DNA of 64,000 bases from NCBI GenBank assembly GCA_022787165.1, contig JALFVL010000004.1, positions 192,425 through 256,424 of the forward strand, in the 5' to 3' direction. The DNA is from Clostridiales bacterium (GTDB lineage: Bacteria > Bacillota > Clostridia > Christensenellales > Aristaeellaceae). The notes under the pieces were generated by a model. The model had not been told where the DNA came from. It worked only from the letters and a program-made list of their open reading frames with translations, and ran no database searches. The position numbers and the translations under genes are program-made. Positions 26,526 through 35,375 of the stretch are shown in pieces (positions within the stretch are counted from its first letter, which is position 1; each line of letters starts with the position of its first letter).

Positions 26526-27293
26526 TCAGTCCCTCCCGCATGCGCCATCCGCCGCGCGAAGCATCAGTGCGGGCGCAATCTTCCTTCTGTACGCCTCAGA
26601 GCCGCGCAGGTTGCTCCCCAGCGGCAGCGACCGCGCCAGCGCCTCAAAGGTCTCCAGCCTTGCGCTTTCGGGCAGGCCGTCGGCCACGATCATCGCCCGT
26701 GCGGGCCGCGCGCCCATCACAAGGCGCATCCCGCCGTCGCCCACTGACGCCGCGCAGACGAGCACCGGAAAATCCGTCGCGTTCAGGCGAACGCTCTCCA
26801 CATGCGCGCGCCGCCCCTTGGGCACGCGAATCTGCGCGATCACGTCGCGGTCCCACGCCTCCTGCTGGTACTGCGAAAGCGGCACCGGGCCGCGATGCGC
26901 CAGCACCACGGAAGCATCCAACGCCAGCAGCAGCGCGCTGACATCTGAAAAGCCGAAGCGGCTGTACACGCTGCCGCCGATGGTCGCGCTGTTGCGAAAC
27001 TGCGTGCCCACAATCGGCGCAAGCGCGTGCGCGAACGCGCCGCCGAAGGCGCTGCTCAGCGCCGCATCCGTCTCCAGCTGGCGAAGGGTCGTCATCGCCC
27101 CGATGACAAACGCATCCTCCGTCTCCTCAATCCGGTCAAGCCCCAGCGCAGACAGATCGATCGCCGTCTGTTTGCGCAGGCCGCACATGCGCAGCCACAT
27201 GTTGCCCGCCACGATGACGGCGCTTCTCTTCTGGTTGAGCGTCCATGCCTCCTCGAGCGACTGCGCCACGATGTAGTTCTGATAGGTCGCCAT
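26526..27293 (-). CDS. FAD-binding (CO dehydrogenase flavoprotein-like) medium subunit
   Basis: ORF trimmed to ATG 27293 (GGAGGGG RBS). AGNMWL...IGAMTTL...GTQFRNSATIGGS pattern. Confidence 0.9.
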   Translation of the reverse strand: MATYQNYIVAQSLEEAWTLNQKRSAVIVAGNMWLRMCGLRKQTAIDLSALGLDRIEETEDAFVIGAMTTLRQLETDAALSSAFGGAFAHALAPIVGTQFRNSATIGGSVYSRFGFSDVSALLLALDASVVLAHRGPVPLSQYQQEAWDRDVIAQIRVPKGRRAHVESVRLNATDFPVLVCAASVGDGGMRLVMGARPARAMIVADGLPESARLETFEALARSLPLGSNLRGSEAYRRKIAPALMLRAADGACGRD

Positions 27294-27404
27294 GTCTTCC
27301 CCTCCGCCGCTCCAGCGGCTGTGCATCATTGGATCATTAAAGGATAATACCTCCGCATCCGCCAGCCGGGCGTTCCTCCCGCCCGCTTTGCAGGCGCTGC
27401 GCGT

Positions 27405-27908
27405 TCAGGCCAGCTGCCGGCTGACAAAATGCAGGAAGTCCTTCCTGCCCTCGAGCAGATGCGCCGTCAGCTCCTGCGGATACACAGCGACAGAGCGAAG
27501 CTGCTCCATCGGCACCCAGCAGAAATCGAGATTGATGCGCTCACCGCCCAAATCGTCAAACCCGTGGAAGACGCCCTCGAGGGGGATTTCCCCCTCGTCC
27601 TCCAGCCGGACGCGGTAATACAGGCTGATCTGATGGCAGGCCCGCTTTCCCCAGGGAAAGAAGATCTCGCCGACGGCCATCAGCTCCTGCACCTCGATAT
27701 GCGCGTGAATCTCCTCCAGAAACTCCCGCCTCAGCGTCTCCCTCGAGGTCTCAAAGGCGGCGACGTGCCCGCCAAGGAAGGCATAGCCGTCGTCGTCCAC
27801 CGGCTTTTGCAGCAACAGCCTCCCGCCGCGCTCAAGGACGCCCGCCACCCGATAGGAAAACACCCAGTCCTCCTGCTTGAAGAGAATGTCCTTCTGCATG
27901 CACCTCAT
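27405..27908 (-). CDS. NUDIX hydrolase
   Basis: Nudix box GGHVAAFETSRETLRREFLEEIHA. Start overlaps the GNAT stop (ATGA). Confidence 0.85.
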   Translation of the reverse strand: MRCMQKDILFKQEDWVFSYRVAGVLERGGRLLLQKPVDDDGYAFLGGHVAAFETSRETLRREFLEEIHAHIEVQELMAVGEIFFPWGKRACHQISLYYRVRLEDEGEIPLEGVFHGFDDLGGERINLDFCWVPMEQLRSVAVYPQELTAHLLEGRKDFLHFVSRQLA

Positions 27909-28366
27909 CCCCCTCCAATCCTCTTTTCCAGAATCACCATATCGCGCAGCAGCACGCCCGCCTCGATAATCGGATGGTCGTAATGCTCCGTGAAGAAATC
28001 AGGAATCGCGCCCGCGCGCACAAAGCCGCACGCCTCATAAAACGGCACGGTCAGCGGGCTGTCGCCCGTGCCGACGCAGAGGAGACGGTATCGCCCGGCA
28101 TAGTGCTGCTCAATCTCCCGAATCATCCGCCGTCCAAGTCCCTGTCTCTGTCTCTGCGGCGTCACCGCCAGGTTTTTGATCTCCATCACGCCGTCTTCCT
28201 CGTCCGTCACGACGCAGACGGCCAATGCCTCACCCGCCTCGCAAAGCGCAACCATCTCCCCGCGCGCAAGATAACGGTCGATCATGTCCTCCTGCTCGTC
28301 ACCCAGCAGCAGGAGTGGGAGATATCGTTTCCTGTCGCCCTCCACACGGGCAAAATCCATCGCCAT
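27905..28366 (-). CDS. GNAT-family N-acetyltransferase
   Basis: Acetyl-CoA motif QRQGLGRRMIREIE and FYEACGF. Start set to ATG 28366 just after GGAGGGG; 28381 or 28360 are also possible. Confidence 0.85.
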   Translation of the reverse strand: MAMDFARVEGDRKRYLPLLLLGDEQEDMIDRYLARGEMVALCEAGEALAVCVVTDEEDGVMEIKNLAVTPQRQRQGLGRRMIREIEQHYAGRYRLLCVGTGDSPLTVPFYEACGFVRAGAIPDFFTEHYDHPIIEAGVLLRDMVILEKRIGGG

Positions 28367-28486
28367 TTCCCCTCCATCCATCCGTCCCGTCCATTATACA
28401 GGGTCTGCCCCCTGCCTGTAAAGCGCGAAAGCGCGCCGGTTTCCCGGCGCGTTCTCCCTCAAACGGGCATTGTCCTTCAGGTCATG

Positions 28487-29326
28487 TCACTCTGCATCCG
28501 CCTCCGGCGCGTTCTCCTTCATCGTCGGCTCCACCTGCACGTTCCAGTCCGCCTTGAGCCATGTGCTCTCCTCGCCCTCGCGCAGCCATTCGCCCTCGGG
28601 CGTGATCTCCCAGTTGTGCGGGTTGACACGCAGCGTGTAGACCGGCGCGCGCCCGATGCCGCCGCTCTCGCCGTATACCTCAAACGAGGAAACGATGCTT
28701 CCATCGGTCATCGCCGTGTCAAAATACCCGATGTCCCCGGTCTTGAGCACGCCATCTATCACATAGCCGTCCGGCACGCATTTGGCCAGCACGATGCGTG
28801 CGCCGCGCTCCCTGGCAAGCTCCAGGTAGCTCTTTGCGCCCTCAGGGGCCTTCTCTCCATAGTGGATGTTGTAGCCCGCCGGGTCGGAAAGCTCGCAGTC
28901 CTCGGGAATCAGTACGATGTTCGCGCCCTCCGCCGGGGCCATGACGATCGTGCCGTAGAGCACGCCGTCCGACCAGATCACGTCCGACACGGTGTAGACG
29001 ACGTCGCCCAGCGTCAAGGCAGTATTCAGCTGTGCGCTGTCCCCCCGCTCCAACTGCGCGCCGAATTTCTCGCCGTAAAAGCCCTCAAACCGCTCTGCCG
29101 TCCGCGGATACAGCGCCGCCGCAACCGCAGCGCCCGCCAGCAGCGCGAGCGCCAGCACCAGCACGGGCGCCAGCCTCAGCTTCCGTTTCACAACCCTGTC
29201 CTCCTTTTCGCTCGTCAGGCGGCGCAGGGTGTCGTCGATGCGCTGCGCAAAGGCATCGGGCGTCGGCCCGAAGGCGCGCAGCAGCGTTTCTCTCGTGGGC
29301 TTGTCCGGCATGTGTTCTCTGCTCAT
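28487..29326 (-). CDS. Putative anti-sigma factor (single TM, ~190 aa extracytoplasmic domain of unknown family)
   Basis: ORF trimmed to ATG 29326, overlapping the sigma stop (ATGA). Short cytoplasmic N-terminus, TM LAPVLVLALALLAGAAVAAAL. Call rests on position directly after the ECF sigma gene. Confidence 0.6.
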   Translation of the reverse strand: MSREHMPDKPTRETLLRAFGPTPDAFAQRIDDTLRRLTSEKEDRVVKRKLRLAPVLVLALALLAGAAVAAALYPRTAERFEGFYGEKFGAQLERGDSAQLNTALTLGDVVYTVSDVIWSDGVLYGTIVMAPAEGANIVLIPEDCELSDPAGYNIHYGEKAPEGAKSYLELARERGARIVLAKCVPDGYVIDGVLKTGDIGYFDTAMTDGSIVSSFEVYGESGGIGRAPVYTLRVNPHNWEITPEGEWLREGEESTWLKADWNVQVEPTMKENAPEADAE

Positions 29327-29802
29327 CTTCTGCCAGCCTCCTCGCCGCCAAGTTCTTCGCGGAGCGCCTTGCGCGCCCGATACAGCCGGCTTCGCACCGT
29401 CGTCTCGGGCACATGCAGCGCTCCGGCGGTCTCCGTGACCGAAAAGCCTTCCATATAATGGAGCAGGAGCGGCGTGCGCAGCTTTTCCGGCAGCCGGGAA
29501 AGCGCATCCGCCAGCGTCACATCCGGCGGCGGCGCGGCCCCGGCATAGCATTCCAGCCGGTCGCTTAAAAACACCCGCCGCTTTTTGCGCAGCTGGCTCT
29601 TGCAGGCGTTGATGACGATGCGCGTCAGCCAGGGGCGGAAGGCCTGCGGCTCAACGCACCCCCTGTGCCTCCAGGCGCTCTCAATTGCCTGCTGCACAGC
29701 GTCCTGCGCGTCCGCGTCGCTGCGCAGATAGCTGACGGACAGCCGGTAGAGCATGTCCCGCATCTGCGTGACCTCCGCGACAAAGCGGCTCTCCTCGATC
29801 AC
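29323..29802 (-). CDS. ECF-type sigma-70 family RNA polymerase sigma factor
   Basis: Region 2 (DAQDAVQQAIESAW...FRPWLTRIVINACK) and region 4 HTH (GFSVTETAGALHVPETTVRSRLYRARKAL). Confidence 0.9.
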   Translation of the reverse strand: MIEESRFVAEVTQMRDMLYRLSVSYLRSDADAQDAVQQAIESAWRHRGCVEPQAFRPWLTRIVINACKSQLRKKRRVFLSDRLECYAGAAPPPDVTLADALSRLPEKLRTPLLLHYMEGFSVTETAGALHVPETTVRSRLYRARKALREELGGEEAGRR

Positions 29803-29885
29803 ATTGACCTCTCCTTTCCAAAGCGCGCGTGCTTTTCACCCAAACAACGCGCGAGGAGGAGGTTTTGTCCCACGAAAAGCGATTT

Positions 29886-30341
29886 TTATTTTTCAGCGTA
29901 GCATTCGACCGCAACGCCCGCCTCCTTGAAGATCTCCAGCGCGAACGGATCGGGATAGCCCGCGCCGTAGACGACGCGCACGATGCCGGAATTGACGATC
30001 ATCTTCGCGCAGAGGATGCAGGGCTGGTGCGTGCAGTAGAGCGTCGCACCCTCGATGCTCACGCCGAGCTTGGCCGCCTGGATGATCGCGTTCTGCTCCG
30101 CATGCACAGCATAACACATTTCATGGCGCGTGCCCGAGGGAATGCCGAGCTTCTTTCTCATGCATTCTCCGCGCTCGACGCAGGTTCTGACGCCCGCGGG
30201 CGCACCGTTGTAGCCTGTCGTCATGACACGCTTGTCCTTGACGATAACCGCGCCGATCTTCCTCTCCTGCTGGTAGCAGCTCGCCCAGGAGGAGACGAGC
30301 CCTGCCATCTCCATGAACCGATGATCCCATTTGTCAAACAT
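29886..30341 (-). CDS. comEB: dCMP deaminase (ComEB-type)
   Basis: ORF 29886..30854 trimmed to ATG 30341 (GAGGAGGAAAGG RBS). HAEQNAI and PCILCAKMI zinc motifs. Confidence 0.9.
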   Translation of the reverse strand: MFDKWDHRFMEMAGLVSSWASCYQQERKIGAVIVKDKRVMTTGYNGAPAGVRTCVERGECMRKKLGIPSGTRHEMCYAVHAEQNAIIQAAKLGVSIEGATLYCTHQPCILCAKMIVNSGIVRVVYGAGYPDPFALEIFKEAGVAVECYAEK

Positions 30342-30441
30342 GTGCCTTTCCTCCTCGTGTGCATCCGGTACGACCGGCGTCTTGAGTTTGTCCTTCATCC
30401 GTGCTTGTTTCTGCCCCGCCCGCATACGCTCTTCCGGGGTG

Positions 30442-31785
30442 ATGGTCATGCGTCTGCACAGGCTGGTTCGCCAGACAGTGTTATTAAGCGGTTCCCATTT
30501 TGTCGTGCGGATCATGGGGTTCAGCCTGCGCGTCTGGCTCTCCCGGGAGCTGGGCGCGCAGACCATGGGCCTGGTTGAGCTCACGCACAGCGCCCAATCC
30601 CTGCTGATCGCGCCGGTCGCCTCCGGTCTGCCCGCTGCCGTCTCGCGCCTGAGCGCGCAGCGCGGCCGGTCCGGCAGCGCGCATATTGCGCTCCTGGGCG
30701 CAGGGCTCTCCCTGCTGGTCAGCGTTCCGCTCGCCTCCGCGGCGTTTCTCCTTCGGGAGCCGTTTGCACGCTGGCTCGGCGACCTGCGCACACTGCCCGC
30801 GCTGCTGTGCATCCTGCCCTGCCTGCCTGTACTCGGCCTCTCCTGCGCCCTCAACGGGTATTGCTATGGCACGAACCGGCCAGCCGCGCCCGCGCTCAGC
30901 GAGCTGCTCGAGCAGACCGTCCGCATGCTGCTTTGTTTGTATCTCATTCCCCTGCTGCGAGGCTGGCCGACGGCGCTGCGCGCGGCCGTTCCCGCGCTGT
31001 CCATGCTTCTGGGCGAGGCGGCCGGGCTGCTGCTGATGCTGCTCCTGCTCGGCGTTTCCCAGCGCCGGCACCGTCAGTCGCTCCGCGCCTCGCTGCGCGG
31101 CGCGCGCGTCGAAGCCGGCCCGGTCTGTACAGAGCTGATTGCGCTTGCCCTGCCGCTGACGGGCATGCGGCTCGTCTCCTCGCTGATGCACACGGTCAAC
31201 GCGGCACTGATCCCCGCGCGGCTCCAGGTCTCCGGCCTCGCCGCGCCGGAGGCCCTCAGCCGCTTCGGCATGATGCACGGCATGCTGCTGCCCGTGCTGT
31301 TGATGCCCTCGTTTATCACCGGCAGCATCTCGATGGTCACAGCGCCGGAGCTGGCCCGCCGCCAGGCAGAGAGCAAACCGATGCGCCGTCTGATCGCGCG
31401 CGTTCTGGGCTCCACGATGGCGATCAGCCTGCCCGCCATGACCGCCGTCTATCTTCTCGCGCCGCTGATCGCGAACGTGCTCTACCGTCAGGCGGAGCTT
31501 CTGCCGCTGCTGCGTATTTGCTGCCCGCTTGTGCCGGTCATGGCGCTCGCGCAGGTCAGCGGCGGCATGATGAACGGCCTGGGCCTGCAGCGCCACTCGC
31601 TGCGAATCTCCCTGGCTTCCAATCTGCTCTCGCTGCTGCTGATGGTCATCCTCGCCGCGAGGCCATCGCTTCGCCTTTGGGGCGCAATTCTCGGCATGGC
31701 GGGCGGCCAGCTGCTGACGCTGCTGCTGAATCTGTGCACGCTGCTCCTCTGCGTCAATCCTGAGCGAGGATGTACCGCTCAATGA
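30442..31785 (+). CDS. spoVB: Stage V sporulation protein B-like MOP-superfamily flippase
   Basis: ORF trimmed to ATG 30442. Multi-TM protein with N-terminal [31 protein letters not shown], typical of SpoVB/MurJ-like proteins. The SpoVB versus other flippase assignment is tentative. Confidence 0.75.
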   Translation: MVMRLHRLVRQTVLLSGSHFVVRIMGFSLRVWLSRELGAQTMGLVELTHSAQSLLIAPVASGLPAAVSRLSAQRGRSGSAHIALLGAGLSLLVSVPLASAAFLLREPFARWLGDLRTLPALLCILPCLPVLGLSCALNGYCYGTNRPAAPALSELLEQTVRMLLCLYLIPLLRGWPTALRAAVPALSMLLGEAAGLLLMLLLLGVSQRRHRQSLRASLRGARVEAGPVCTELIALALPLTGMRLVSSLMHTVNAALIPARLQVSGLAAPEALSRFGMMHGMLLPVLLMPSFITGSISMVTAPELARRQAESKPMRRLIARVLGSTMAISLPAMTAVYLLAPLIANVLYRQAELLPLLRICCPLVPVMALAQVSGGMMNGLGLQRHSLRISLASNLLSLLLMVILAARPSLRLWGAILGMAGGQLLTLLLNLCTLLLCVNPERGCTAQ

Positions 31786-32569
31786 CGGGCACGAGGCCGT
31801 CCTCATCGTTGCTGCCCGTCACCAGATCAGCCGCCTGCTTGACGCTTTCCTGCGCATTGCCCATCGCCACGCCCAATCCTGCATAGCGAATCATGGTCAG
31901 GTCATTGAGACCGTCGCCGCAGGCGATCGTATCCTCCCGCTCCAGCCCGAGGCGTTCCAGCAGTCCGGCAATGGCATCAGCCTTGTTGACGCCGCGCGCC
32001 ATCACCTCGATGAAGAAGGGCTCGCTGCGGTAGATGCTCAGGCGGTTCAAAAAGCGCCGCGCAAGCCTGTGTTCATGCTCCTGGGCGCGCGTCGGCTGCG
32101 CCGTAAGGAGCACCTTGTACAGGTCTGTACGAAAATACGGGGCAAAGTTCTCCACTTGCGTGACGCCGAAGCGGTTGAGCTCTGCCTCCCGCTCGAGATA
32201 CCGGTCTGATCTCGTGCCGCACAGCAGCTCATTGCCGATGTATGTACACATCCCAAGCTGGTATTCGCGCGCATAATCCTGCATCCACTGAGCGACATAA
32301 TCAGGGAGCGCCTTCTTAAAGACCGCTTCGCCGGTTGCGGTATTGGTGACACACGCACCGTTATAGCTGATCGTATAGCCGCCATAGCGTGGAAAATCCA
32401 GCGCCTCTGTGATCATTCGCAAACCGCCGGTCGGCCTGCCGGACGCCAGAACGACCACATGCCCCTTCTTCTGAATCGTCAGCAGCGCCTCCCGCGTCGC
32501 TGGCGTGATCTCTTTTTTGGAGTTGGTCAGCGTTCCGTCGATATCAAGAACGAGCACCTTTCTCTTCAT
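31754..32569 (-). CDS. Cof-type HAD-IIB phosphatase
   Basis: LVLDIDGTL (motif I), ASGR (II), GDGLNDLTM (IV). Its 3' end overlaps the spoVB 3' end by 32 nt. Confidence 0.9.
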   Translation of the reverse strand: MKRKVLVLDIDGTLTNSKKEITPATREALLTIQKKGHVVVLASGRPTGGLRMITEALDFPRYGGYTISYNGACVTNTATGEAVFKKALPDYVAQWMQDYAREYQLGMCTYIGNELLCGTRSDRYLEREAELNRFGVTQVENFAPYFRTDLYKVLLTAQPTRAQEHEHRLARRFLNRLSIYRSEPFFIEVMARGVNKADAIAGLLERLGLEREDTIACGDGLNDLTMIRYAGLGVAMGNAQESVKQAADLVTGSNDEDGLVPVIERYILAQD

Positions 32570-32765
32570 TGCATTTTTCCTCCATCTTTGGTTTTGCTTT
32601 CCGCTTCATTATATAGGAGTTTGCCCCTGCGCGCAAGAGGGGCATCCACTGCGCAACGCCCAGAAGCGCCATCCAGGAAGGCCCGGGATGGCGTTGCTGG
32701 GCGTATTCAATCGTTTTCCGGGACATCAAGTGCCGCCTTTAAGCCTCTGCGTCCGGATAAGGCCC

Positions 32766-33494
32766 TTATCCGTTTTTCCCTTTAGAGGAATGCCCCATTG
32801 TTCTGCCTGACTCAAACGCCCTTTGAAGCGCCTGCATCGCCTTTTTCTCGATCCGCGATACATACGACCGCGAAATGCCCAGCTTCTGCGCCACCTCCTG
32901 CTGAGCACGCGCCTTGCCGTCCAGCAGCCCATAGCGCATCTCGATCACCGTCTTCTCCCGTCCATGCAGACAGTCGGCAACCAGCTCGCGGACGTTCTCC
33001 AGGCTGACCCGCCGCTCGACCTCCCCATGCACCTCGCTGCCGTCCGTGCCCAGCACATCGATGAGCGTGATCTCGTTCCCTTCGTTGTCCGTCCCGATGG
33101 GCTCATGAAGAGAAACCTCTCCCTTGCGCTTGTGACTCGAGCGCAGCGTCATCAGGATTTCGTTCTCGATGCACCGCGCACAGTATGTGCTCAGCTGCGT
33201 CCCGGACTCCGGCTTGAAGGTATTGATCCCCTTGATCAGTCCGATCGTCCCGATCGAAACGAGGTCGTCCTGATCACAGCCTGGCACGGTGTATTTGCGC
33301 GCGATATGCGCCGCGAGGCGAAGGTTGTGCTCGATCAGCGTCTCCCGTGCCTGCTGGTCGCCTTGTGCCATCCGGCGGATCATCTCCGCCTCCTCCTTTC
33401 GATCTAGGGGCTTGGGGAATGCGCTGCCCCGGGCCAGATAGCCCAGCAGAAACAGCGCATCCTGAAGAAAGAAGAAAACAAGCTGCTCCAACAT
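32766..33494 (-). CDS. sigK: Sporulation sigma factor pro-sigma-K (uninterrupted)
   Basis: Hydrophobic pro-sequence then AFPKPL. LIEHNLRLAAHIARKY, IGTIGLIKGINTF, VSLHEPIGTDNEGNEITLIDVLG and ISRSYVSRIEKKA match the B. subtilis SigK pattern better than SigE. Confidence 0.82.
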   Translation of the reverse strand: MLEQLVFFFLQDALFLLGYLARGSAFPKPLDRKEEAEMIRRMAQGDQQARETLIEHNLRLAAHIARKYTVPGCDQDDLVSIGTIGLIKGINTFKPESGTQLSTYCARCIENEILMTLRSSHKRKGEVSLHEPIGTDNEGNEITLIDVLGTDGSEVHGEVERRVSLENVRELVADCLHGREKTVIEMRYGLLDGKARAQQEVAQKLGISRSYVSRIEKKAMQALQRAFESGRTMGHSSKGKNG

Positions 33495-33499
33495 GCAAT

Positions 33500-33528
33500 C
33501 ACCCCGCAGACTCTATGCCTGCGGGGTG
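33500..33528 (-). promoter_or_regulatory. 10-bp GC-rich hairpin that includes the sigK Shine-Dalgarno
   Basis: Minus strand CACCCCGCAG-GCATAGAGT-CTGCGGGGTG, then ATTGC and the ATG. The 3' arm contains the only SD-like sequence (GGGGTG). No T-run follows. Confidence 0.5.
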
Positions 33529-33532
33529 AATT

Positions 33533-34072
33533 TCATGCGTTCAGGAGCCCCGGCAGCGCGTTTTCCAGCGCCCATGCCTCCAGATTTGTCAGCAGCTTCT
33601 CGCGGTTTTCAAGCGTCACCGTAATCAGGCTCACCCGTGGATGCGCCCGCACGGCGTCAAGCAGCGCGCTGCTTCTGGGCTTGATGACGCCCAGCACAGG
33701 CAGGTCGCCGTCAAGCGCGCCCAGCACTGCGCTGCCAAAGCTCTCTGCCTGGCGCTCCATCGTACCCAACTCGTCCATGAGCAGAAGCTCCGCCCGCCCC
33801 GGGCGAAGCAGTTCCGGGCCAATTCGGTCAAAAACCTCCGGACGGCTGACCGGCCGCATGGTCTCCAAATCGCGAATGCCCACGCAATTGTCCGCCGTGC
33901 AGGCCTCCATCCCCGCGTGCGCTGGAAGCAGATGCACACAGCCCTGCCGTCCTTCCCATCGTGTGACGGTTCGAAAGCCGCCAAGCCGCCAGCATGGATG
34001 CGCCGCGAGCAAACGCCGGATCAGCGTGCTTTTGCCCACCTGTACCTCACCCGTCAAAAACAGATGTATCAT
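33533..34072 (-). CDS. P-loop NTPase (THEP1/NTPase_1-like)
   Basis: ORF trimmed to ATG 34072 (AAGGGGA RBS). Walker A GEVQVGKST, Walker B LLLMDELG. Confidence 0.65.
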   Translation of the reverse strand: MIHLFLTGEVQVGKSTLIRRLLAAHPCWRLGGFRTVTRWEGRQGCVHLLPAHAGMEACTADNCVGIRDLETMRPVSRPEVFDRIGPELLRPGRAELLLMDELGTMERQAESFGSAVLGALDGDLPVLGVIKPRSSALLDAVRAHPRVSLITVTLENREKLLTNLEAWALENALPGLLNA

Positions 34073-34204
34073 ACCTGTCCCCTTGCCCTGTGCGCTCCTT
34101 TCCGCAGCGCTCAAAATCACGATCTTCCCTGGCGTCTGCGCGCCATACAAAAGCCCCGGCGCATACGCCCGGCAGATGCCCGCCGCCAGCAGATAGGCCG
34201 AACA

Positions 34205-35242
34205 TCAAAGGGCCGAATGCGCGACGAGCGCGTCAAACTGCTCCCGTGTCAGCACACAATGATAGAAGAGCTCATAATACTGCGCGACCTCCGTATACAG
34301 ATCATAATCCGCCGCCTCCGGATAGAGAAGCTTGCCCATCCACATCAGGCCCAGCAGACGCTGCGCAGAGGGCGGGAAGCCTATCCAGTTATCCGGTCCC
34401 TCCGGCACCTCGCTGTAGCGGCCAGAAGCAATCGCCTGCATGTTCTGCCAGGTTTCATCCTGCGCCACGGTATCATAAATGCTGTCTGGTGCAAAGAGAA
34501 TCGTCGCCGGATCCCAGGCGAGCAGCTGCTCCATATCGACCTCGTTGCCCGTTCCCTTGGAGGAGGGGGACTCGACAAGGGCCACATTGTTGCCCATCAG
34601 GTCGATGACCTCGCTGTGATAGCTGTCCCGCGCAATCACGTTGAGTCCCTCGGGGCCGGTGATGTAGAGCAGATCGGCCTTTTCAACGCTCTGCGCGATA
34701 TCGACCGCGCGGTCATAGACGCGGCGGCAGTAGGCCGCCAGCACCGCGGCCTCCTCCTCCCGCCCGACAAGCTCGCCAAGCTTGACGTAGGTTTCGTCGA
34801 GCGCGGAGAGCTTTGCGGTGACATGCACGAACGGTATACCCGTTTGCTCAGTCAGCACGTCGAGATCCTCCCCAATGCCGGCCTTCGGCTCACCCACGTC
34901 GATGACCACCTGCGGGTCAGCGGCCAGCAGCTCCTCCAGATTCAGCGCGCCCTTCGTGCCATACAGCTGGCCCAGCACGGGCAGACTGCCATACTCTGAG
35001 GGCAGATACGCCCCTGCCGACGCGCTCCACGGGGTCGCGATGCCCACAAGCATATCAGGCGCCAGCGCGAAAACCACGTTTTGCGCCAAGGGACCGGAAA
35101 CCGCGATGCGTTCAAGCTTCCAAGGCAGCTCTACCTCGCGTCCGGTCGAATCAACGAACGTGCGCGTTCCTTCCGCGCTGGCCGCGCACATGCAGAAAAC
35201 GAGCATACATGCCGCCAAAGCGAGAATCAGCAGCTTTTTCAT
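34205..35242 (-). CDS. ABC transporter substrate-binding protein, FecB/BtuF (iron-siderophore/cobalamin) class
   Basis: ORF trimmed to ATG 35242 (AAGGAAG RBS). Signal peptide or lipoprotein-like MKKLLILALAACMLVFCMCAASAEG. RIAVSGPLAQNVVFALAP...WDPATILF pattern. Confidence 0.85.
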   Translation of the reverse strand: MKKLLILALAACMLVFCMCAASAEGTRTFVDSTGREVELPWKLERIAVSGPLAQNVVFALAPDMLVGIATPWSASAGAYLPSEYGSLPVLGQLYGTKGALNLEELLAADPQVVIDVGEPKAGIGEDLDVLTEQTGIPFVHVTAKLSALDETYVKLGELVGREEEAAVLAAYCRRVYDRAVDIAQSVEKADLLYITGPEGLNVIARDSYHSEVIDLMGNNVALVESPSSKGTGNEVDMEQLLAWDPATILFAPDSIYDTVAQDETWQNMQAIASGRYSEVPEGPDNWIGFPPSAQRLLGLMWMGKLLYPEAADYDLYTEVAQYYELFYHCVLTREQFDALVAHSAL

Positions 35243-35375
35243 GATCGCACTTCCTTTTCTTCTTTTTGTATTTCTCCCGCGTCCCGGCAGGCCCGGAAGC
35301 GAGTCCTCCGTCCTCATCCTTGTATCCGGATGCGCCTTCGCAGCGCAAAACGGGCCCGGCTCCTCTTCGAATTCC

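Noticed and set aside
30484-31806. 440-aa minus-strand ORF and the 318-aa +2-frame ORF at 30807..31763
   Set aside because: Both overlap the multi-TM spoVB-like gene. Their sequences are Arg/Gln/Ala/Gly-rich without hydrophobic structure, so the flippase frame is preferred.
32766-33494. Possible skin-like intervening element or split sigK
   Set aside because: The ORF is continuous from the pro-sequence through region 4.2 (242 aa), and no recombinase is nearby. The gene is intact.
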